From an uncultured Gemmatimonadales bacterium (lineage in GTDB: Bacteria > Gemmatimonadota > Gemmatimonadetes > Gemmatimonadales > GWC2-71-9), in contig CAVUDL010000012.1 in NCBI GenBank assembly GCA_963740175.1, positions 26,434-90,433 of the forward strand: DNA of 64,000 bases, given 5' to 3'. Every line of letters starts with the position of its first letter. Position 1 is the stretch's first letter. This document shows positions 41,274 to 52,269 of this stretch, one piece after another. The position numbers and the translations under genes were made by a program. The notes below the pieces were generated by a model. The model ran no database searches and had not been told where the DNA came from. It saw only the letters and a list, made by a program, of their open reading frames with translations.

Positions 41274-42149
41274 ATGCCACGCCTTACCAAGAAGACCCAC
41301 CACGCTTCCGCTTCAGTGCTGGAGAAGTTGGTCGCGGGGATCGACGAGCGCATCGGTGGGGCAGCCCCGGCGGACACCGTCCCGACCGGGTTCGCCTCGC
41401 TCGATCGGCTCCTGGCAGGTGGACCGCGGCGGCGGGACCTGGTGGTGCTGGCGGGAGACGTTGGCAGCGGCAAGTCCGCACTGGCCCTGGGCATTGCCAT
41501 CCGGGCGGCGGCGGCCGGGTCCCCTACCATGTACTTCTCGGGCGAGATGGGTCCGGAGCGCGTCATGGAGCGCGCACTCGCGTTGGAGGCGAAGGTGTCG
41601 GTCGACGATCTTCGTCAGGGCCAGCTCGACGACGTCAGCCGAGCCGCGGTGGGCGCGGCCGCGGTCCGGCTGCGAGATGCCCCGCTGCTGGTGAAGCCGC
41701 TCCTCGGGACCGACTTCGCGGAAGTGAGCGAGGCGCTCGACATCGTGCCCCGACGCCAGCTCCTGGTGGTGGACTCACTGCAACTCACAACTCCTCCGCG
41801 GGCCGCCGCGCGTCTTGAGGAGCGAGTGGCTCAGGCGGTCCGCGCCCTCAAAGCCCTGGCGGTCGCCCGAGACCTCGTCGTGCTGGTCACCGCCCAGCTG
41901 CCGCAGCTGCGCGCGACCCGACCCGATCCCCGTCCGACCCTGGACGATCTCGGCGGGTTGGGCGCGATCAAACAGAACGCTGATGTGATTCTGATGGTCT
42001 ATCGGGAGGAGATGTATCGGCCCGCGCAGGGCGTGGAGGGCGCCACCGAACTGATCCTGGCGAAGAATCGCAACGGTCCCACCGGTTTCGTGGACCTGTA
42101 CTTCTATCCTCGCTGGCTCCGCTTTGTGGACATGCTGGATGCGGATTAG
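41274..42149 (+). CDS. DnaB-helicase C-terminal-domain-only (RecA-fold) ATPase
   Basis: TGFASLDRLLAGG, Walker A GDVGSGKS, Walker B LLVVDSLQL and DnaB-like tail ADVILMVYREEMY...ELILAKNRNGPTGFVDLYF. At 291 aa it has no N-terminal primase-interaction domain. Confidence 0.7.
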   Translation: MPRLTKKTHHASASVLEKLVAGIDERIGGAAPADTVPTGFASLDRLLAGGPRRRDLVVLAGDVGSGKSALALGIAIRAAAAGSPTMYFSGEMGPERVMERALALEAKVSVDDLRQGQLDDVSRAAVGAAAVRLRDAPLLVKPLLGTDFAEVSEALDIVPRRQLLVVDSLQLTTPPRAAARLEERVAQAVRALKALAVARDLVVLVTAQLPQLRATRPDPRPTLDDLGGLGAIKQNADVILMVYREEMYRPAQGVEGATELILAKNRNGPTGFVDLYFYPRWLRFVDMLDAD

Positions 42150-42161
42150 GAGCGAATCCTC

Positions 42162-42602
42162 CTAGCTGCCGGCCGCCTTCGGCTCCGCGGCTGCGGCCTT
42201 CGCCGAATCTGCTCTCACAACCGCTCCCGCCAGCTGCACCATGGTTCCGGCGCTGTCGGTGGTCGGCCACACACTGACCCAGAGGGGCGGGCCGTCCTGC
42301 TCGGCATACAGCACGATCGTCCCGTCCGGCTTCTTCATATCGCTTACCAGCCGCCACTTTCCTTGACTCAGCACGCCCCGATAGTACTCGACCACCCTGG
42401 CGCGCCTGAGTGGGGGTGTACAAGGTGACCTGAAGCGCATCTTCGCTGCCGGCGCGCGAGACGAATTTGGCGTCCGGGAGGCATGGGAAGATTCGGAAAG
42501 ACGCTGAAAGCGTCGGGCGGCTTGGGCGGCGGAGCAGAATCCGAGCCGCAGGCGGCAACCAGGACGCAAACCAGCACCGAGAAGATGTCTGAGAGAAGGC
42601 AT
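42162..42602 (-). pseudogene. Small lipoprotein, frame apparently broken about 3 times
   Basis: The signal/lipobox segment SVLVCVLVAACGSDS, DAKFVSRAGSEDALQVTLYTPTQAR and VVEYYRGVLSQGKWRLVSDMKKPDGTIVLYAEQDG lie in three different frames downstream of ATG 42602. Confidence 0.45.
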
Positions 42603-42716
42603 AGGGGGTGAGCTTAGCGGACCCGTCGCGTTGCCGCAAGCGGGTGCGGCCCTTATGTTTCCGCATGCCGCAGCGATCTTCCCACAATCATCCAGGCCCC
42701 CCGCGTCAGAAGGAGT

Positions 42717-43472
42717 TTGGCTATGGCCGGCCATAGCAAATGGAAGCAGATCAAGCGCAAGAAGGCGATCACCGACGCCAAACGCGCTTCGTCCTGGACC
42801 AAGGTCATTCGGGAGATCACGGTCGCGGCCCGGGCCGGAGGCGGCGATCCGGCCGGCAACCCGCGACTTCGTACCGCCATCGATGCGGCCAAGGCGGTCA
42901 ACATGCCGGGCGAGAACATCGATCGCGGAATCAAGAAGGGGACCGGCGAGCTCGAGGGCAGCGTATACGAGGAGCTCACCTACGAAGGCTACGGGCCGGG
43001 CGGCGCCGCGATCTTCATCGAGGCCACCACCGACAATGCCAACCGGACGGTGGCTGAAATCCGGCATGCGTTCAGCCGTAACGGCGGCAACCTGGGGGCG
43101 ACCAACTCCGTGGCCTGGATGTTCGATCGCAAGGGACAGATCTATATCGCAACCTCCCGGCACGACGAGGACACCGCACTGGAAGCCGCGCTCGACAGTG
43201 GGGCCGAGGACTTTGCCCGCGAGGGCGATCAGTATGTCGTCACCACCACTCCGTCGATGTTCCACGCGGTGCAGGACTCGCTTCGCGGCAAGGGGTTCGA
43301 GATCGACTCGGCCGAGCTCGCCATGGTGCCGCGCAACACCGTCCGGGTCGAGGGCGCTGATGCCGAGCGCATCGTGCGGCTCATGGACGTACTGGAAGAG
43401 CTCGACGACGTCTCCAAGGTCTTCTCCAACTTTGATATCGACGCAGCCCAGCTGGCCGAGGCGGAAACCTGA
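42717..43472 (+). CDS. yebC: YebC/PmpR-family transcriptional regulator
   Basis: MAGHSKWKQIKRKKAITDAKRA... is the canonical family N-terminus. Intact 251 aa. Confidence 0.9.
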   Translation: MAMAGHSKWKQIKRKKAITDAKRASSWTKVIREITVAARAGGGDPAGNPRLRTAIDAAKAVNMPGENIDRGIKKGTGELEGSVYEELTYEGYGPGGAAIFIEATTDNANRTVAEIRHAFSRNGGNLGATNSVAWMFDRKGQIYIATSRHDEDTALEAALDSGAEDFAREGDQYVVTTTPSMFHAVQDSLRGKGFEIDSAELAMVPRNTVRVEGADAERIVRLMDVLEELDDVSKVFSNFDIDAAQLAEAET

Positions 43473-43482
43473 GGCCAGGCCA

Positions 43483-43995
43483 TTGAAGGTGCTTGGCATC
43501 GACCCCGGCACCGCCATCATGGGCTATGGAGTCGTGGAGGGCGTGCCCGGCCGAGCGTCGCGGCTGCTCGAATGCGGGACCCTCACCACCGGCGCCCGCG
43601 ATCCCCTGCCCGCACGTCTTCGCATCCTGTACGATGGGGTCGCCGCCCTGATCGCACGTCACACCCCTGACGCGGTCGCGGTCGAGAGTGCCTTCTACGG
43701 CAAGAACGTCCGCACCGCGGTAGTGCTGAGTCACGCCCGCGGAGTGATCCTCCTGGCCGCGGAGATGGCCGATGTCGATATCGCCGAGTACTCCCCCGCG
43801 CTGATCAAGAAGACCATCGTGGGTCGCGGGGCAGCGCTGAAGCCGCAGGTCGGATACATGGTCGCCCAGCTGCTGCGGCTGAAGGCGGCGCCGGCCCCCG
43901 CCGATGCGGCCGATGGCGTCGCCGTCGCGCTTACGCACCTGATGACGGCACCGGGCCGGCTGCTTTTCGGCCGCCGTCCTGTCGGCATCCGATGA
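43483..43995 (+). CDS. ruvC: Crossover junction endodeoxyribonuclease RuvC
   Basis: (L)KVLGIDPGTAIMGYGVV, AVESAFYGKNVRTA and ADAADGVAVAL. In-frame TTG start at 43483; the rest of ORF 42631..43995 overlaps yebC and was discarded. Confidence 0.85.
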   Translation: MKVLGIDPGTAIMGYGVVEGVPGRASRLLECGTLTTGARDPLPARLRILYDGVAALIARHTPDAVAVESAFYGKNVRTAVVLSHARGVILLAAEMADVDIAEYSPALIKKTIVGRGAALKPQVGYMVAQLLRLKAAPAPADAADGVAVALTHLMTAPGRLLFGRRPVGIR

Positions 43996-44597
43996 TCGCT
44001 ACCCTGACCGGCGTGCTGGCCGAACGACATGGCGAGACGCTCGTGGTGCAAACCGATGGCGGCGTCGGGTATGCCGTCACCGTGCCGGTTGGGGTGGCGG
44101 TACGGCTCCCCGCGAGAGGGGCGCGGGTCAGCCTGTTCACCGAGCTGGTGGTAAAAGAAGACGGCTGGGCGCTGTACGGGTTCGATACCGGCATCGAGCG
44201 GCAGGTGTTCCAGCGTCTTCTCGGCGCCAGCGGTTTTGGTCCCAAGCTGGCGTTGTCGCTATTGTCCGCCCTGGGCCCGGAGCGGACCGTCCGCAGCATC
44301 CTCGCCCGCGATCTCGCCGCCCTGAGCTCCGTCAGCGGAATCGGCAGGAAGAAGGCTGAGCGGCTGGTGCTGGAGCTGCAGGATCGCTTCAGCGACTTGG
44401 TGGTAGAGCCCGCCATGCCGCGGGTAGCCGGCTCCGAGGACGCGGTGCAGGCGCTGATGGGCCTCGGTTACGCCGTGTCGGCCGCCGACGACGCCGTCCG
44501 TGCCGCGCTGGCAGCCGGTGCACCATCCGAAACACCTCAGTTGATTCGGCGCGCCCTCCAACAGCTCACCGCCACCCGCGGAGCCCCAGAAAGATGA
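43992..44597 (+). CDS. ruvA: Holliday junction branch migration protein RuvA
   Basis: MIATLTGVLAE..., HhH motifs LLGASGFGPKLALSLL and LSSVSGIGRKKAERLVLEL. ATGA overlap with ruvC. Confidence 0.9.
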   Translation: MIATLTGVLAERHGETLVVQTDGGVGYAVTVPVGVAVRLPARGARVSLFTELVVKEDGWALYGFDTGIERQVFQRLLGASGFGPKLALSLLSALGPERTVRSILARDLAALSSVSGIGRKKAERLVLELQDRFSDLVVEPAMPRVAGSEDAVQALMGLGYAVSAADDAVRAALAAGAPSETPQLIRRALQQLTATRGAPER

Positions 44598-44771
44598 CCG
44601 TACCGGCAACGACGGCCGAGTGGATTTGCACCCGATGCGGCGCCACCAACCGCAAGCTGGTGGCGCTTCGGACCAGCCGGATCAGGCGACCGATGCGTGA
44701 CCTGCCACGCCCGACATATCGTCGAGCCGGATATCCGGCCGGTACGGTGGAAAGCCAGGTTGGACAAGTGA
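44594..44771 (+). pseudogene. Small zinc-ribbon protein (2 x CxxC), one apparent frameshift
   Basis: The ATG overlaps the ruvA stop. Frame 1 gives EWICTRCGATNRKLVA. A +1 shift between about 44660 and 44700 gives ...CVTCHARHIVEPDIRPVRWKARLDK*, ending at TGA 44769-44771. Confidence 0.4.
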
Positions 44772-44860
44772 GCAGTGGGGGATGAGCAGTGAGAAGCAGC
44801 AAGTGAGGTGAGAAGGGAGGAACTCGAGCCCTCTCACTTCTCACCCCTCACCTCTTACCT
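44767..44860. repeat. Heptad-built palindromic intergenic element, copy 4 (imperfect)
   Basis: AGTGAGC AGTGGGG GATGAGC AGTGAGA ... AGTGAG GTGAGAA GGGAGG, a central CTCGAG-containing loop, then CCCTCTCAC TTCTCAC CCCTCAC CTCTTACC. It pairs with internal loops. Confidence 0.75.
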
Positions 44861-44867
44861 TCCAGCC

Positions 44868-45893
44868 ATGACTCGACTTCAGGTCACCACTCCAGAACCC
44901 CTGCCCGAAGAGACCTCCGCGGATGCGGCGCTCCGGCCTTCCCGGCTGGACGAGTTTGTGGGGCAGAATCAGGTCAAGACCTCGCTCCAAATTGCCATCG
45001 ACGCGGCCCGCCAGCGGCGCGACACGCTGGATCACACCTTGTTCTTCGGCCCGCCCGGATTGGGAAAGACCACTCTCGCCATTCTGATGGCGCGGGAGAT
45101 GGGCGTGCAGCTTCGCACCACTTCCGGACCGGTGCTCGAGAAGCCGGGTGACCTGGTCGGTCTGCTCACCTCGCTGACCACCGGCGACATGCTGTTCATC
45201 GATGAGATCCACCGCATGAAGCCGGCACTGGAGGAGTTCCTCTATCCCGCCATGGAGGACTTCCGGATCGACGTACGCATCGCGGACGGCCCCAACGCCC
45301 AGACCATCCCGATGACACTCGAGCGGTTCACCTTGATCGGGGCCACGACCCGCTTCGGGCTGTTGACCCCGCCGATGCGGGCGCGCTTCGGGATCGTGGA
45401 GCGCCTGGGCTTCTACCCTCCGGAGGATTTGCAGCGGATCGTCAGCCGTTCCGCCGAAATCCTGGGAGTTGTGATCGACCCGCAGGGTGCGGCCGAGATC
45501 GCCCGGCGGAGCCGCGGAACGCCGCGAGTGGCCAACCGGTTACTGCGCCGAGTGCGCGACTATGCCCAGGTCAAAGCGGACGGCCGCATCAGCGCCGGCG
45601 TGGCGGACGCGGCGCTCGAGCGGTTGAACGTGGACGAGTTCGGGCTGGATGACATGGACGCTCGGATCCTGACGACCATCATCGAGAAGTTCGGCGGCGG
45701 GCCGGTGGGATTGGGCACGGTCGCCGTGGCGGTGGGCGAGGATGCCGGTACCCTGCAGGACGTGTACGAGCCATACCTGATCCAGCAAGGATTCCTCGAG
45801 CGGACCCAACGGGGCCGCTGTGCAACACCGCTCGCATACCGACGCTTCGGTCTCACCCCCCCAGGTCGGCAGGCAACGATCTTTGACGCCTGA
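44868..45893 (+). CDS. ruvB: Holliday junction DNA helicase RuvB
   Basis: [12 protein letters not shown], Walker [10 protein letters not shown], Walker B LFIDEIHR and [19 protein letters not shown] at 44868 lies just after the repeat. Confidence 0.95.
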   Translation: MTRLQVTTPEPLPEETSADAALRPSRLDEFVGQNQVKTSLQIAIDAARQRRDTLDHTLFFGPPGLGKTTLAILMAREMGVQLRTTSGPVLEKPGDLVGLLTSLTTGDMLFIDEIHRMKPALEEFLYPAMEDFRIDVRIADGPNAQTIPMTLERFTLIGATTRFGLLTPPMRARFGIVERLGFYPPEDLQRIVSRSAEILGVVIDPQGAAEIARRSRGTPRVANRLLRRVRDYAQVKADGRISAGVADAALERLNVDEFGLDDMDARILTTIIEKFGGGPVGLGTVAVAVGEDAGTLQDVYEPYLIQQGFLERTQRGRCATPLAYRRFGLTPPGRQATIFDA

Positions 45894-47017
45894 GCCACTC
45901 CGCACCTCCGACTTCGATTACGAACTCCCGCCCGAGCTCATCGCCCAGGAACCGCTGACCGATCGGGCCGGCAGCAAGCTGCTGGTGCTGCTGAGGAACG
46001 ACCGGAGGCAGGGACCGGCCGACCGCCGCCAGCTTCCGAGAGCCGGTGTATTGCCGCGGCGGATCAGCCTCCTCGGAGAGCGCATCCCGATCGGTACCTC
46101 CGCCCTGGTGGACTCGACCTTTCAGGAGCTGCCGTCCCTTATCGCCCCCGGCGACCTTGTCGTTCTGAACACCACCAAGGTCCGGCATGCCCGCTTGTTG
46201 GGAAGCCGCCGGTCGGGCGCCCCCGCCGAGGTCCTGCTGATCCATCCGGGCGCGGGTGACACGTGGGTTGCGATGGGCCAGCCGGGCACGGCGTTGCGGC
46301 CCGGGAAGCAGGTCGAGCTGGGCCCGGGCGCGTGGGTCGAGACCATCGAGGTATTGCCCGATGGGCACAGGGTGGTGCGCTTCATCGGCGTGACCGCCGA
46401 GGAAGCGATGAGCCGGTTTGGGCAGCTACCCCTGCCCCCGTACATCACCCGTCCCCCATCCGAGCTCGACGAGTCACGCTATCAGACGGTCTACGCCCGC
46501 GTAGAGGGAAGCGTCGCCGCGCCTACAGCGGGCCTGCATTTTACGTCGGCCCTTCTGGACACTCTATCAGCCGGGGGCGTGATCGTGGCGGGGCTGGACC
46601 TGGAGATAGGGCCGGGGACCTTCAAGCCGGTCGAGACCGAAGATCCTTCACAGCACACCATGCATCCGGAGGCTTACGAGATACCGCCGCGACTGGCGGC
46701 GCTGGTCGAGCGGGTACGCGAACATGGCGGACGGATATGGGCGGTGGGAACCACAGTGGTACGGGCCCTGGAAAGCGCCGCCCGCGATGACGGTACCGTC
46801 AACACCGGCAGAGGGGAGACCCGCCTGATGATCACGCCGGGGTATACCTTCCGCGTCGTGGACCGCGCTGCTCACCAACTTCCACCTGCCACGCTCCACC
46901 CTGTTGATGCTGGTCAGTGCCTTTGCCGGCCGCGAGCTGACCTCGGGCGCCTACCGGCACGCCGTGGCGCAACGTTACCGCTTTTACTCGTATGGCGACG
47001 CCATGGTCATCCTGTGA
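45883..47017 (+). pseudogene. queA: S-adenosylmethionine:tRNA ribosyltransferase-isomerase, one frameshift near 46865
   Basis: SDFDYELPPELIAQEP, LPLPPYI, YQTVYA and AAPTAGLHFT. The C-terminal [21 protein letters not shown]...[13 protein letters not shown] is in another frame. TTG start at 45883. Confidence 0.85.
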
Positions 47018-47030
47018 TGCGGGTACCAGC

Positions 47031-49111
<2,081 letters not shown>

Positions 49112-49115
<4 letters not shown>

Positions 49116-49648
49116 CGCTGCGTCCCCTTCATCTCCTCGGCTCCCCCGTCCTCCGGCAGCACAGCCTCCCGGTCAGTACTGTCGACGACGAGGTGCGCCG
49201 CCTGGTCGCTGATCTGTTCGAAACGATGGACGCCGCCAAGGGAGTCGGCCTTGCGGCCAATCAGGTGGGGGTGGCGCGCCGGGTGGCGGTGGTGGACGCC
49301 GAAGGGGACCGCTTTGTCATGATCGATCCCGTCATCGTCGAGACCGAGGGCCGGGCCACCGCGGAGGAGGGCTGCCTCTCCATTCCCGACATCTACGGCG
49401 ATGTCACCCGGCCGGAGCGCGTCGTGCTCGAGGCGCTGGACGAGAACGGAACCCCCTACCGCAAGGAGGCTACCGGCCTTGCAGCGCGGGCCATCCAGCA
49501 CGAGATCGATCACCTCGACGGAATCCTCTTTCTCGATCACCTCAGTCTGATCAAGCGGCAGATGCTCCTCTCCCGCTGGCGCCGGGAACACAAGGATGAC
49601 GCGGGTTACACCAAGGAGGTCCAGGCGGCGTCTGCCCGGACCGGGTAA
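49112..49648 (+). CDS. def: Peptide deformylase
   Basis: GVGLAANQVG, EGCLSIP and HEIDHLDG. Confidence 0.9.
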
Positions 49649-50571
49649 TGAGGATCGTCTTTTTCGGAACGCCGACGTTCGCCGTTCCCTCCCTCGAGGC
49701 GCTGCTACACGGCCGGTTCACCATCGCCGGCGTGGTAACCCAGCCTGACAAGCCGCACGGAAGATCCCGTTCCCAGTTGATCGCACCGCCGATCAAGATC
49801 GTAGCAGAGCGCGCGGGCCTCCCGGTGCTTCAACCCGTCCGCCCCGTGGGCGACGTCTTTACCACCAGCTTGCGGCGCCTCGAGCCCGATCTTGGCATCG
49901 TGGTCGCCTACGGCCATATCCTGCGGCCCGAGGTCCTGTCCCTTCCACCCCGGGGACTGATCAACGTGCATGCCTCGCTGCTTCCCCGGCACCGGGGCGC
50001 GGCACCGATTCAGCAGGCGATCCTCGCGGGCGACCACGAGACTGGCATCACGATCATGCAGATGGAGGAAGGCCTCGACAGTGGGCCGATCCTGCATCGG
50101 GTCGCCACGCCGATCGAACGGGACGAGACCGCCGGGGAGCTCGCCCAGCGTCTGTCGGACCTTGGCGCCGCCGCGCTGGTGGAGGCGCTCTCACTGCTCT
50201 CCGGGGGCCTGGTACGACCCCAGGCGCAGGACCATTCGCAGGCCACCTACGCTCCGAAGCTCGACCGGGAGGTCACCCGAGTCGTTTGGGACCAGGACGC
50301 CGCGGCATTGGTTCGACACATCCGGGCGTTCGATCCGGCGCCGGGTGCCTGGGCCAACCTGGATGGCGGCACCCTCAAGCTGTTTGGCGCACGAGAGGCC
50401 TCGGGCTCCGGCGAGCCCGGCACTGTACTCGAGGCGGGGGCCCGGCTGGTTATTGCGGCCGGAGACGGCGCGCTAGCTGTCTTGGAGGTTCAGCCGGCAG
50501 GAAAGACTCGACTGCCGGTTGAGGCCTGGGTCCGCGGCCGGGGAATTATGGCGGGCAAGCGCCTGGCATGA
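49648..50571 (+). CDS. fmt: Methionyl-tRNA formyltransferase
   Basis: MRIVFFGTP.FAVPSL and NVHASLLPRHRGAAPIQ. Confidence 0.9.
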   Translation: MRIVFFGTPTFAVPSLEALLHGRFTIAGVVTQPDKPHGRSRSQLIAPPIKIVAERAGLPVLQPVRPVGDVFTTSLRRLEPDLGIVVAYGHILRPEVLSLPPRGLINVHASLLPRHRGAAPIQQAILAGDHETGITIMQMEEGLDSGPILHRVATPIERDETAGELAQRLSDLGAAALVEALSLLSGGLVRPQAQDHSQATYAPKLDREVTRVVWDQDAAALVRHIRAFDPAPGAWANLDGGTLKLFGAREASGSGEPGTVLEAGARLVIAAGDGALAVLEVQPAGKTRLPVEAWVRGRGIMAGKRLA

Positions 50572-51191
50572 GACCGTTGCCCCGGGTCCATGCATTTACA
50601 GATGGTGACATCATGTCCGCACCCGATTTCGGCATACGTGCGGCGGCAATCGCGGCCGGCGGCGCTGCAGTGGCATTGCATGCCCGGGACCGGAGCGGTG
50701 CGGCTGCGCGGCTTGCCGCCGGCGCCCTGAGGCTGGTCGCGCTCGCCCGCCCTCCGGAAGCAGCAGTCTTTGTAAGCGGCCGTCCGGATATTGCAGCGGC
50801 CGCAGGGGCACACGGCGTGCAGCTCGGCGCCGGCGATCTCACTCCGGCAGATGCCCGCGCGGTTCTGCGCCACGGATGGATCGGCCGCTCGGTTCACAGT
50901 CTGGAGGAAGCCAAAGTTGCGGTGGAGGAGGGCGCCGATTTTCTCGTGGTCGGAACCATCTATCCGACGCCGAGCCACCCCGGACGAAACCCGGCCGGGC
51001 CAGGCCTGGTGCGCGACGCAGCCAGCCTCGGACTGCCCGTCATTGCCATCGGAGGCGTCACGCCCGAACGGGCCCGTGAGCTGAGAACTGTCGGGGCGTA
51101 CGGAGTCGCTGCGATTCGATCGCTCTGGCACGCCCCTGATCCGGCCGCCGCCGCCCTCGCCATGCTGGCGCCCTGGATGGAGGATCTATGA
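50568..51191 (+). CDS. thiE: Thiamine-phosphate synthase
   Basis: TIM-barrel ThiE pattern (GADFLVVGTIYPTPSHPG...PVIAIGGV) followed directly by thiS and thiG. Confidence 0.8.
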   Translation: MRPLPRVHAFTDGDIMSAPDFGIRAAAIAAGGAAVALHARDRSGAAARLAAGALRLVALARPPEAAVFVSGRPDIAAAAGAHGVQLGAGDLTPADARAVLRHGWIGRSVHSLEEAKVAVEEGADFLVVGTIYPTPSHPGRNPAGPGLVRDAASLGLPVIAIGGVTPERARELRTVGAYGVAAIRSLWHAPDPAAAALAMLAPWMEDL

Positions 51192-51397
51192 CCGAGCTGG
51201 AGATCCTGGTCAACGGCGAGCCGCGCCGGCTCCCGGGCCCGGCTACCGCCTCCGATCTACTTCGGCACTTGGGGCTCGACCCACGCACGGTGGTGGTGGA
51301 GCTGAACCGGAGGATTGTCCGCCGCCCTCACCTGGATGACACCTCATTGACTGACGGAGACGCTGTGGAGCTGGTGCACTTCGTGGGCGGGGGATGA
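51188..51397 (+). CDS. thiS: Sulfur carrier protein ThiS
   Basis: 69 aa with a C-terminal GG (HFVGGG). ATGA overlap with thiE. Confidence 0.8.
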   Translation: MTELEILVNGEPRRLPGPATASDLLRHLGLDPRTVVVELNRRIVRRPHLDDTSLTDGDAVELVHFVGGG

Positions 51398-51410
51398 GCG
51401 TGACCCTAGG

Positions 51411-52226
51411 GTGTATCTTTCGGGCATGACTACCGTCCAGTCTGAGCCCACTACCGACTCGCCTCTCATCATCGGTGGACGACGCTTTCGGTCGCGCCTG
51501 ATGGTGGGGACCGGCAAGTATCGGAACAATGACGAGATGGTCCGTGCCATTGATGCGTCGGGCGCCGATATTGTGACCGTGGCGGTGCGCCGGGTGGACC
51601 TCGATCGAAGCAAGGATGAAGGGGTTCTCTATCATCTGAGTCCGGAGCAGTACTTCCTGCTGGCCAACACCGCCGGCTGTTATACCGCCGATGAGGCCAT
51701 TCGCTATGCCAGGCTGGCGCGCGAAGCCGGCTTTAACGAGTTCGTGAAGCTCGAAGTGATCGGGGACCGGGAGACGCTCCTTCCCGATACCGAGGGACTT
51801 CTCATGGCGGCCCGGGAGCTGGTGCAGGATGGCTTCAAGGTGCTCGCGTATACCAATGACGACCTGATTACCGCACTGCGGCTGGAGGACGCGGGCTGCG
51901 CCGCCGTGATGCCGCTGGCGTCGCCCATCGGCAGCGGCCTGGGTCTGCTCAACCCCTACGGCATCCGTACCATCAAGCGGCGGCTCTCGGTGCCGGTCAT
52001 CGTCGATGCCGGCGTGGGCACTGCCTCGGATGCCTGCCTCACTATGGAGCAGGGCGTGGACGGCATCCTCATGAATACCGCGCTCGCCGAGGCCCGCGAT
52101 CCGGTTGCCATGGCCGCGGCCATGCGGCTGGCCGTCGAGGCGGGACGTCTCGCCTTTCGTGCCGGACGAATGCCGAGACGTGAAGTCGCCATGCCCTCGA
52201 CCCCTGACTCAGGAATGCTCGAATAG
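51411..52226 (+). CDS. thiG: Thiazole synthase
   Basis: LMVGTGKY, VKLEVIGD, LPDT, VMPLASPIGSG and VIVDAGVGTASDA. Confidence 0.9.
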   Translation: MYLSGMTTVQSEPTTDSPLIIGGRRFRSRLMVGTGKYRNNDEMVRAIDASGADIVTVAVRRVDLDRSKDEGVLYHLSPEQYFLLANTAGCYTADEAIRYARLAREAGFNEFVKLEVIGDRETLLPDTEGLLMAARELVQDGFKVLAYTNDDLITALRLEDAGCAAVMPLASPIGSGLGLLNPYGIRTIKRRLSVPVIVDAGVGTASDACLTMEQGVDGILMNTALAEARDPVAMAAAMRLAVEAGRLAFRAGRMPRREVAMPSTPDSGMLE

Positions 52227-52269
52227 GCGGGCAACGGTCGCCGGGGCGGCATGTCCGTGCTGACGTCCT

